Of a stretch of 19,879 nucleotides of DNA, positions 1-6,748 are shown one piece after another (positions within the stretch are counted from its first letter, which is position 1; each line of letters starts with the position of its first letter). The stretch is from Dubosiella newyorkensis (GTDB taxonomy: Bacteria > Bacillota_I > Bacilli_A > Erysipelotrichales > Erysipelotrichaceae). A program made the translations under genes and the position numbers. A model generated the notes under the pieces. It was not told the origin of the DNA, searched no databases, and worked only from the letters and a program-made list of their open reading frames with translations. Location: NCBI RefSeq assembly GCF_001945605.1, contig NZ_MPKA01000088.1, positions 1 to 19,879 on the forward strand, given 5' to 3'.

Positions 1-251
1 GGATACGAACATCTTTCTTCCAAATATTCCTCAATCACTTGTATTTTGAATTCTTTTGAATAGAATTGATTTCTTGGTTTCTCCAGAAAAGCTTCAGCAT
101 CCGACTTTTGAAATTGTTTTACCCATTTCAATACAGTGTTTGGATTAAGATTTAAATCTTTTCCAATCGTGACGGATCCTTCTCCTTTATTTAAATAGCG
201 GTCAACAACAGATAATTTAAAATCTATAGTGTATTTTGATTTTCTTCCCAT
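1..251 (-). CDS. IS3/IS150-type transposase OrfA (helix-turn-helix), N-terminal 83 aa, truncated by window edge
   Basis: Hand translation of the reverse complement from ATG (251..249) gives MGRKSKYTIDFKLSVVDRYLNKGEGSVTIGKDLNLNPNTVLKWVKQFQKSDAEAFLEKPRNQFYSKEFKIQVIEEYLEERCSY, open to position 1. The sequence style is typical of IS3-family OrfA. It is absent from the ORF track because it is partial. Confidence 0.75.
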   Translation of the reverse strand, partial: MGRKSKYTIDFKLSVVDRYLNKGEGSVTIGKDLNLNPNTVLKWVKQFQKSDAEAFLEKPRNQFYSKEFKIQVIEEYLEERCSY

Positions 252-320
252 ATAAAAAGCCCCCTAATAGGACCTCCAAATTTAGTTGTTTGGCGTGTCT
301 ACTATTAGGGGAGCTTATCA
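1..320 (-). mobile_element. IS3-family insertion sequence, left end only (element continues past window start)
   Basis: An orfA-type HTH ORF reads leftward out of the window, with 69 nt untranslated upstream of its ATG. Minus-strand sequence starting at 320 reads TGATAAGCTCCCCTAATAGTAGACACGCC. This resembles the TGA..CCC..AATAGT.GACAC pattern I recall for IS3-family terminal inverted repeats (from memory, not aligned). The boundary at 320 is inferred. Confidence 0.55.
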
Positions 321-343
321 GTAAGTTCCTTCTGCTTTTGTTT

Positions 344-1795
344 TTACTGGATCGCTTTGTGCAGCTTTAAGGCGTCTTTGTCTAAAAGATAGATCGAGAT
401 CTTTCCGGGCGGACAGGTGATCTTGATGTTTCCTTGGGCGTCGAATTTGACTTGGTTCGTTGGATCGAGCGCGTCTTCTAGTGTTAGATTGGCGTAATTT
501 GGTTCGCAAAATGATTTTTCTTTCCAGTCCGCGATCGTATAGAGGACGATCACAGGATGAGGTCCATACGCCATCCAGCACGCTTTTTGCGGATCGTCGT
601 CCATGAGGTTGACGATATTGTCGGAAAGAAGATTGGCGCGGATCCAGACCATTTCTCTTAAAAAAGGAACGGGAGCCTTGTTGTCGTGGGGGATGCCATA
701 ATAATCGCCATAAAAGACACATGGGCATTGGCAATCGTAGAGCAGGATGGTGGCGTACGCTTGGGGCTTGAACCAATCGAGGATCCAGCTCTCTAGGGCT
801 TGGCCAACTTGGGTGTCGTGGTTGTCGACAAACTGCATCGAATGGTAGGGATCCAATCGGCTGAGTGTTTCATGAAAGATCTTGCGGATATCGTAGGTTC
901 CATTGGACATGGAGACTTGCTGGAGATGGTAGTGGAGGGGCACGTCCATCAAGCGCATGCAAAAATTACAGTCTTTTAGATATTGCTGGAGTTCATAGAC
1001 GTTGCTTGTCCAGTATTCGCCAATCGTAAAATTGGGGTGGTTTCCATATCGGTGCATTTCGGCGAGCCAGCAAGGAAAAAAGGAGGAGTCGATGTTTTTG
1101 ATCGCGTCAAGACGAAACCCATCGACTTGGCTTTGTTGGGTGTACCATTTTCCCCACGCATACAGTTCCTGGATCACTTCTTGATTGTGGAAGTCGACAT
1201 CGCACCCCATTAAATAGTCGTAGTTTCCTTCTTCTTGGCTGACGTGTTCGTTCCAGTGCTTGCCTTGAAAGAGAAGGATGGCGTTCGTATTGGTCTTGGC
1301 GTCGTAGTCGGTTCCGGTAAAGTGGGTGTGATTCCAGCAAAATGTGGAGTACGTGCCTTTGCGTTCGGGATATGTGAAGCCGGTCCATGTTTCGACTTCG
1401 TGTTCGGGTTCGATGACTTTGTTCCGATTCCAGCCATCGACCGTTTGGGCGATCGCGCTTTCGAGCGTGTCGCCGCCCATTTTATGGTTGAATACGATAT
1501 CGGCTAGCACAAAGATCCCTTTGTTTTGTAAAGACTGGATAGCTTTGAGGTATTGGCGTTTGGTGCCATATTTTGTGCTTTGACTGCCTTTTTGCTTGAA
1601 TTCGCCAAGATCGTACAGGTCGTAAGGGCCATAGCCGACGTCGTTGATGCCGGCGGCTCCTTTGTAGGCAGGAGGCATCCAAAGCATGTTGAAGCCTGTT
1701 TTCGCCAAGGAAGAAGATTCGGAAATGATTTTTCTATAGAGGGATCGATCGGATGGATAGTACCATTCGAAGTATTGGATCATTGTGTATTTCAT
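344..1795 (-). CDS. Alpha-amylase, GH13, no signal peptide (cytoplasmic type)
   Basis: 483-aa ORF. The N-terminus is MIQYFEWY. GH13 conserved regions are present: DIVFNH, DGFRLDAIKN, IGEYW and FVDNHD. There is no N-terminal hydrophobic signal sequence. Confidence 0.9.
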   Translation of the reverse strand: MKYTMIQYFEWYYPSDRSLYRKIISESSSLAKTGFNMLWMPPAYKGAAGINDVGYGPYDLYDLGEFKQKGSQSTKYGTKRQYLKAIQSLQNKGIFVLADIVFNHKMGGDTLESAIAQTVDGWNRNKVIEPEHEVETWTGFTYPERKGTYSTFCWNHTHFTGTDYDAKTNTNAILLFQGKHWNEHVSQEEGNYDYLMGCDVDFHNQEVIQELYAWGKWYTQQSQVDGFRLDAIKNIDSSFFPCWLAEMHRYGNHPNFTIGEYWTSNVYELQQYLKDCNFCMRLMDVPLHYHLQQVSMSNGTYDIRKIFHETLSRLDPYHSMQFVDNHDTQVGQALESWILDWFKPQAYATILLYDCQCPCVFYGDYYGIPHDNKAPVPFLREMVWIRANLLSDNIVNLMDDDPQKACWMAYGPHPVIVLYTIADWKEKSFCEPNYANLTLEDALDPTNQVKFDAQGNIKITCPPGKISIYLLDKDALKLHKAIQ

Positions 1796-1801
1796 AGTTT
1801 C

Positions 1802-1829
1802 ATTATAGAAAGAATGGAGTTTTGAGCAA
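1802..1829 (-). promoter_or_regulatory. Candidate promoter of the amylase gene (TTGCTC-16 nt-TATAAT), -10 only 6 nt from the ATG
   Basis: Minus strand reads TTGCTC (1829-1824), a 16-nt spacer, TATAAT (1807-1802), GAAACT, then ATG (1795). No Shine-Dalgarno is present. Confidence 0.4.
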
Positions 1830-1853
1830 TTTAAAAGCTTTTGGGCATATAAA

Positions 1854-1881
1854 TTGTATGACGTTTAGAACGTGGTATAGT
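1854..1881 (+). promoter_or_regulatory. Candidate sigma-A promoter with extended -10 (TTGTAT-16 nt-TGgTATAGT)
   Basis: TTGTAT at 1854-1859, TGG at 1873-1875, TATAGT at 1876-1881. It points toward a region with no ORF that ends in an intrinsic terminator. Confidence 0.4.
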
Positions 1882-1887
1882 AACACT

Positions 1888-2068
1888 GTAAGGCAAAGAG
1901 CGATTCTCATCTCTTCCCCTTGGCACATTTCTTTGTAATCTTTTAATAAAGAATAGTAGCTGTGTAGAACTTGATGTTCTATTCAACATTTGGGAAGATG
2001 TAAGTCTCTTCTAGGAGAAACATCGACTCTGCCTTTATTCTCGCTCTTCTTCGGAAGAGCCTTTTTTA
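1888..2068 (+). ncRNA. Candidate stand-alone structured small RNA (~180 nt), identity unknown (6S-like rod is one possibility)
   Basis: It is bounded by the promoter above and the terminator at 2043-2068. No ORF with an SD is present. The 5' segment AAGGCAAAGAGCGATTCTCATCTCTTCCCC is largely complementary to the 3' segment GGGAAGATG...GGAGAAACATCGACTCTGCCTT. Two internal hairpins are visible (TTCTTTGT/ATAAAGAA and TAGAAC/GTTCTA). The ends are approximate. Confidence 0.35.
2043..2068 (+). terminator. Rho-independent terminator (plus-strand orientation)
   Basis: GCTCTTC-TTCG-GAAGAGC stem-loop followed by CTTTTTTAT. On the minus strand the stem is followed by GAGAATAAAGG, with no U-tract. Confidence 0.7.
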
Positions 2069-2090
2069 TACCAAAAACGCAAAAAAAAGA

Positions 2091-2204
2091 ATTAGCAACG
2101 TCCTATTCTCGCAGGCGCAAGGCCAACTACCTTCGGCGATGAAGTGCTTGACTTCTGTGTTCGGGACGGGAACAGGTATTTCCACTTCTCTATCGTCACT
2201 AAAT
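2091..2204 (-). rRNA. rrf: 5S ribosomal RNA (isolated copy, no adjacent 23S)
   Basis: The reverse complement reads TTAGTGACGATAGAGAAGTGGAAATACCTGTTCCCGTCCCGAACACAGAAGTCAAGCACTTCATCGCCGAAGGTAGTTGGCCTTGCGCCTGCGAGAATAGGACGTTGCTAAT. It is colinear with Bacillus-type 5S (CCGAACAC.GAAGT.AAGC, GCCGA.GGTAGT, GAGA.TAGGAC). Helix I ends are complementary. The ends are accurate to +/- 2 nt. Confidence 0.9.
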
Positions 2205-2570
2205 CTTTTTACTTGATTATGATATCGGATCTTCCACTAAAAAGCAAGCCTTAATTTCAAATTTTTTGAATCGCGCCATCGATCGGAACGATCTATGGAA
2301 AGCGAGCTGATGAATATGTAAAAAATGGACGAAGAAAACGCCCATTTCAAAGTTCAAAGTGAAGAAATCATTCGCTTTTACTCTTTTCCAGAATTTGTGC
2401 CGTTTGTTTCAACTTCTTTGGTCCAGCAATCATCGAATTGTTGATGCAAAAGACAATATTTTGGGAGGATGATCCCGAATCCAATAGCGAAAATGCAGGT
2501 TAATATTTTTATTTTTTTTCTCACATGAATCGCCTTTCTATTTTTTGATTGATTATAGTATTATATTTTT

Positions 2571-3851
2571 ATGGAAAATATGATTTTGAAGTTTAACTTT
2601 GATAATTTTTACGGTTTATATACGAAGCAGCTCCGTAAATTCTATGAGATCAAGCAAATCGAGATGGCCAATGCTCTTCATGTTTCTAGAAGCGCTTTAA
2701 GCAAAATGGAGTCGAATTCTCAGGAAATGGACGCTGCTCTTTTTGATTCGGTTTTAAGTTTTATTAAAACGATTGATTCGAATTTTGTGTTCTTGAAAGA
2801 TCCGTCAATCTTAAAAGAATATGATAAATGGGTCCGTGATTGCGCTTATCATTTCGTTCATTTAACGGCGGAAAATATTCTTGGTCCTCTAAAAGAATTT
2901 GTAGAACGTACGAATCCGCATAGCTTTGCGTTTTTTCATCATCAACTTCTTGCCGTTTATGTTGCAAAATTTGAAAATCGAAAATGCGAGGAGGAAGTGA
3001 CTCAGTTATATGAGGGCAATTTTTTTGAAGATCCTTTTTATCAAGCTGTATTAAATGATTTTATGGGAATGCGACCTTCTCTTTCTGATGGAAGATCTTT
3101 AGATGAAGCCATTCAATATTTGCGGTCCGCTCAGAATTATTGTTCAATGGCCTTTGATCCAGGTTTATCTGGATTGATCCTCTATCATCAAATTTATCGC
3201 TTCGTGAATGGGAGCCGGACTATAGAGGCTTATGAAATCATTGAAAGGTGCGAAAATGCTTTACAAAGAGCAGGAGCTTACCGCCGAATGCTTTATGTGG
3301 CGCTCAACAAAGGAATCCTGTTTATTCAAATGCATCTTTATCCAAAAGCAATCGCGACTTTTGAAGAACTTCTTCGTTCCAGTCAGCAAATTAATGAACC
3401 TGATTTTATCCAAACGATCTATGATAATTTAGCTTGGTGCTGTTTTCTTCAGGATCAAGATGAGAAAGCGCTTCGATATGCTCGGCTCGCACGGAAAGCG
3501 GGAAGCCGATTCCCAGATATTTATATCGTTTTAGCGTTTAGCTCTTATCGCCTGAAAAGGCAGAGCGATTGTCTTGGATTTATTTCTATGTATTTAAAAA
3601 AGACACAAGGTAGTCCCCGAGAAAAATTTATTGCTTCCTTTCTTCAATTGCTTCGATTTCATTTAACTGGGAATAGTCGTTTTGATAAAAAACAACATCA
3701 GATCGAGCAGCAACTTCAAAATTTTAAAAGTGTTCAATTGGAAATTCCATTTTATACGCTTCTTATTCAACACTATTCAGAACAAGGTCGATCGGATTGT
3801 GTTATCGCTTATCAGGCAAAACTGATTCATTATTTGAAATTTGATTTTTGA
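2571..3851 (+). CDS. Transcriptional regulator, N-terminal XRE-type HTH plus C-terminal TPR-like helical repeats (RNPP/NprR/PlcR-like architecture)
   Basis: 426-aa ORF. The HTH is IKQIEMANALHVSRSALSKMESN. A long all-helical C-terminal region contains TPR-like segments such as IYDNLAWCCFLQDQDEKALRYARLARKAG. No SD is seen upstream of ATG 2571, and ATG 2580 is an alternative start. Confidence 0.75.
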   Translation: MENMILKFNFDNFYGLYTKQLRKFYEIKQIEMANALHVSRSALSKMESNSQEMDAALFDSVLSFIKTIDSNFVFLKDPSILKEYDKWVRDCAYHFVHLTAENILGPLKEFVERTNPHSFAFFHHQLLAVYVAKFENRKCEEEVTQLYEGNFFEDPFYQAVLNDFMGMRPSLSDGRSLDEAIQYLRSAQNYCSMAFDPGLSGLILYHQIYRFVNGSRTIEAYEIIERCENALQRAGAYRRMLYVALNKGILFIQMHLYPKAIATFEELLRSSQQINEPDFIQTIYDNLAWCCFLQDQDEKALRYARLARKAGSRFPDIYIVLAFSSYRLKRQSDCLGFISMYLKKTQGSPREKFIASFLQLLRFHLTGNSRFDKKQHQIEQQLQNFKSVQLEIPFYTLLIQHYSEQGRSDCVIAYQAKLIHYLKFDF

Positions 3852-5481
3852 TCGGGTGAAGGGAATTCTTTCTTTTTTGTAAATATTCTAAGGAGGATAG
3901 AACGTTTACTCCTTGTTTTGTGAATTCGATAACTTCGTCGAAAAGCATGATATTTTCATCGAAAAGTTTATGTGAAATTGAAATGATCGATCCTTTATAA
4001 TTTTTCAAAATATCATATTCGATCTGTTTGGCGTTTTCTTCATCCAATGCTGAAAATGCTTCGTCCAAAAATAGCCAGTCTTTTATATTGTATAAACCTC
4101 TAGCAAGGGATATCCGCTGTAATTCGCCTCCGCTAATTTCCAAACTGTCTTCTTGAACAGATTCGTGAAGACGAGATTTTAAACTATTTAAATGGACTTG
4201 ATCGAGTACTCGATTCAGCTTGTTGGAATCGGCTGTCTGCCACAATGTAATGTTTTCTTCCAATGTCCCTGGAAGCAGGTCTGGAGATTGGCGCAAATAT
4301 GTCAATTGCTTCGCTATCGAAGAATGCTCGAGAGCGTTCGTAGGGATATTATTGGCATAAATATGGGGATGAGGGATCGTTCCGCTCAATAATCCAAGCA
4401 ATGTACTTTTTCCACAGCCGCTTTCTCCAACAACCAAATATTTTTTTCCTTTTTGAAGCTGTAAGGTAAAGTGATCAAATATCGTCTTTTCTTTTCGTTT
4501 GAATACAAGATCTTTTAGTAAAAAAGATTGAATTGGTTCGTTTAAAAGTTTCTTTTGATGTTTTCTTTTTTGAACTTCTTTCAAGTATCCGTCGACAACG
4601 ACGCTTGAGGATTGAACGTTATTATACATTTCCATATACCAGCCAATCGGATTGATGACCATATTGCTTGCTTGAATAATGGTCATAAAAACGCTCAAAG
4701 AAATGAGGTTCTGATTGATCATGTAAAATCCGATCAAAGATTCTCCAAAGAAAATAATATTAACGCCTAAATCATTGATAGCCAATACCCATTGCTTTAA
4801 CCATTCACTATGAATCGTTACTTTGCTTAGTAATTTATTTTGGTTTTGTAGACGAGAAGAATATTTTGTGTCTAAGTCATAATCTTTGATTGTCAAAAAA
4901 TTGGTGCAAAAACCTTTTAATACGCCAATCCACTGCTTTTGATGACTCAACACTTCTTTTTGATTGGATTCTAGTCGTGTCTTGAATGTCCGATTAAATA
5001 AGGATAAAGATAAAGCGCATATATAAATGAACAAAAGGAGGATCCAGCTATTCGTTCCGATATATAAACTCCCGATCAAAAATAGAAATCCATACCGATA
5101 AATATTTAATTTCGAGGTCACATACTGATCGATAATTGTATTGATTTCATTCGTTTGTTTATTGATCCGGGCGCTAGTATCCGTTTTTTGAAATTCATCA
5201 GGTGATAAAGCGAGCCAGGATTCATACAAATCTTGGCTTAGTCTTTCCCGTAACGAATATTTAAAGTAAACCATGAGTCCTTTCATGATCGTTTCAACGA
5301 AAAACATGAGAATCACAAAGGCAACGATCCATTTGACCATTTGGCTTAATGTGTTTTTGTTTTCTAATGTGTTGAAAAAACGACCAAAAAGAATCGACTT
5401 GAAAAGATCGAGCATGGAAAAAGCGAGGATCGAAGCGATAGTCAAATAATAAAGAGCTTTATTTTTTATAAGTTTATGCAT
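3802..5481 (-). CDS. ABC exporter, fused transmembrane domain + ATPase (half-transporter), no N-terminal C39 peptidase domain
   Basis: 559 aa. The hydrophobic N-terminal half begins directly with a TM segment. Walker A is GESGCGKST, the signature is ISGGELQRISLAR, Walker B is WLFLDEAFSALD, and the H-loop is SISHK. The start ATG (5481) overlaps the upstream gene's stop by 8 nt. Confidence 0.85.
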   Translation of the reverse strand: MHKLIKNKALYYLTIASILAFSMLDLFKSILFGRFFNTLENKNTLSQMVKWIVAFVILMFFVETIMKGLMVYFKYSLRERLSQDLYESWLALSPDEFQKTDTSARINKQTNEINTIIDQYVTSKLNIYRYGFLFLIGSLYIGTNSWILLLFIYICALSLSLFNRTFKTRLESNQKEVLSHQKQWIGVLKGFCTNFLTIKDYDLDTKYSSRLQNQNKLLSKVTIHSEWLKQWVLAINDLGVNIIFFGESLIGFYMINQNLISLSVFMTIIQASNMVINPIGWYMEMYNNVQSSSVVVDGYLKEVQKRKHQKKLLNEPIQSFLLKDLVFKRKEKTIFDHFTLQLQKGKKYLVVGESGCGKSTLLGLLSGTIPHPHIYANNIPTNALEHSSIAKQLTYLRQSPDLLPGTLEENITLWQTADSNKLNRVLDQVHLNSLKSRLHESVQEDSLEISGGELQRISLARGLYNIKDWLFLDEAFSALDEENAKQIEYDILKNYKGSIISISHKLFDENIMLFDEVIEFTKQGVNVLSSLEYLQKRKNSLHPIKNQISNNESVLPDKR

Positions 5482-6724
5482 ATCGATATCCGCCAGCTAC
5501 ACATTTTACAAGGTTTTCATATTGTCCGGATACGATGAGTTCGCCCAATTTATCAAATATTCTCAACGCATTTTCTTTTTTATATTCACAATCGGAAAAA
5601 TTGATTTCGTTGTTGATGGCAAGACATTTATGACATTGCCAATTTAAAAAACAATTTCTGCATTTATAGTTATCTTTTGCTAAATAGGCGGATAAGTTGT
5701 TCACTTTATTTGTAAATTGTTCCTCATTAAAGTTAGAAATATCTCCCAATAAGTAAGCATCTCCTTTTTTTATAAACTGCTGACAAGGATATATTTTTCC
5801 ATCAGAGTCGATGGTTATTAGTTGAGTCCCTGCAGCACAAAAAAAATCTTTTCTTTTGCCAATCATAAAATCTCTTAAAAAGCCTTCAGTCCACCGGAAT
5901 TCACCTAATTTATTATTAAGAATTTGCTGAATTTCATTTTCAATATTTCTGGATTCTTCATGCGGTTGATTTTCAATTAAATCAGCTACTAAAATATACG
6001 TATTCGGATATATTTCTTTAAGTATATCTTTCACTTCATTTTTGGAGAGTGTTGACTTTCCGTCATATGTTGCTTCAATAGAAGATATATATGATTGGAT
6101 TGGCAAAGTTTTTTCTAATATTTTTTCAAATGTGCCATTTCCGTTTACGTCAATTCTATTTCGATCATTATCCTTTTTGTTTCCATCAATTGAAAGTGTT
6201 AACTCAATTTCAAATTTTTTTAATAGCTTTATAAATTCAGCGTTTATCAACGTTCCATTTGTTTGACAAAGAAACTTAACGTTAGGATTAATTTCTCTTG
6301 CTTTTTCGCATATCATTTTTATTCCTGATATATTTAATAAGGGTTCTCCTCCAAAAAAACAAATGTATTCCAATTCTTTGTGATTGTGAATAAACTTAAT
6401 TATTTGTTTAATGGTTTGTTCACTCATAATTTTTTTTGGCTTATTATATGTTCCTGCATTGGCATAGCAATATTTACATTTTAGGTTGCACATATTGGCC
6501 ATATTAATCTTTATGATTTTGACTGAAATATTTTTTGTTTTGGCATAAGTTGAATTATTAGTTAATAAATCATAAAATTTTGAATCTTGCTCTTTTTTGT
6601 GTCCTGAATATAGATTTAAAAAATCGTTTAAATATTCTTTGTTTAATTGAAAGGTTTTTAAAGTGTTTGTATCAAATAAAATCTGGGCTTCTGTTAAAAC
6701 TAAGTTTTTATAAACTTTTGCCAT
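5474..6724 (-). CDS. Radical SAM enzyme with C-terminal SPASM domain (peptide-modifying maturase)
   Basis: 416 aa. C79-x3-C83-x2-C86 (CNLKCKYC) and GGEPLL are present. The C-terminus carries CAAGTQLITIDSDGKIYPC (CX12GX4C), CRNCFLNWQCHKC (CX2CX5CX2C) and a later SDCEY, giving a 7-Cys SPASM pattern. The SD GGAGG lies 9 nt upstream of the ATG. Confidence 0.85.
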   Translation of the reverse strand: MAKVYKNLVLTEAQILFDTNTLKTFQLNKEYLNDFLNLYSGHKKEQDSKFYDLLTNNSTYAKTKNISVKIIKINMANMCNLKCKYCYANAGTYNKPKKIMSEQTIKQIIKFIHNHKELEYICFFGGEPLLNISGIKMICEKAREINPNVKFLCQTNGTLINAEFIKLLKKFEIELTLSIDGNKKDNDRNRIDVNGNGTFEKILEKTLPIQSYISSIEATYDGKSTLSKNEVKDILKEIYPNTYILVADLIENQPHEESRNIENEIQQILNNKLGEFRWTEGFLRDFMIGKRKDFFCAAGTQLITIDSDGKIYPCQQFIKKGDAYLLGDISNFNEEQFTNKVNNLSAYLAKDNYKCRNCFLNWQCHKCLAINNEINFSDCEYKKENALRIFDKLGELIVSGQYENLVKCVAGGYRYA

Positions 6725-6748
6725 AATTTTTATCCTCCTGATTTGTAT

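Noticed and set aside
318-1825. Many 60-150 aa ORFs on both strands inside the amylase gene (for example 318-776, 976-1161, 1107-1388, 1235-1507, 1553-1825)
   Set aside because: They all overlap a well-supported 483-aa GH13 ORF. Their composition is low-complexity and Arg/Ser/Pro-rich, as is typical of off-frame translation, and none has an SD.
2325-2444. 39-aa ORF MDEENAHFKVQSEEIIRFYSFPEFVPFVSTSLVQQSSNC between the 5S gene and the regulator
   Set aside because: It has no SD and no recognisable motif. It could be a gene remnant, but nothing supports expression.
2469-2528. 19-aa ORF MIPNPIAKMQVNIFIFFLT just upstream of the regulator, SHP-like in hydrophobicity
   Set aside because: Its ATG directly abuts GGGAGG with zero spacing, which is unfavourable for initiation, and no promoter was evident. 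It is kept only as a low-probability pheromone candidate, mentioned under the regulator finding.
2552-2563. Shared 12-mer ATTATAG(T/G)ATTA upstream of the regulator (2552-2563) and next to the precursor-promoter palindrome (6971-6982), considered as a common regulator box
   Set aside because: A rough estimate suggests about one such 11/12 match is expected by chance between two AT-rich intergenic regions of this size. It is not palindromic.
3890-3975. Strong AAGGAGG on the plus strand just downstream of the regulator, where a PapR/NprX/AimP-like peptide gene would sit
   Set aside because: No ATG, GTG or TTG lies within 4-12 nt; the nearest is TTG 3913, 16 nt away, giving a 20-aa ORF. The motif is the reverse complement of Ser-Ser-Leu codons in the ABC gene.
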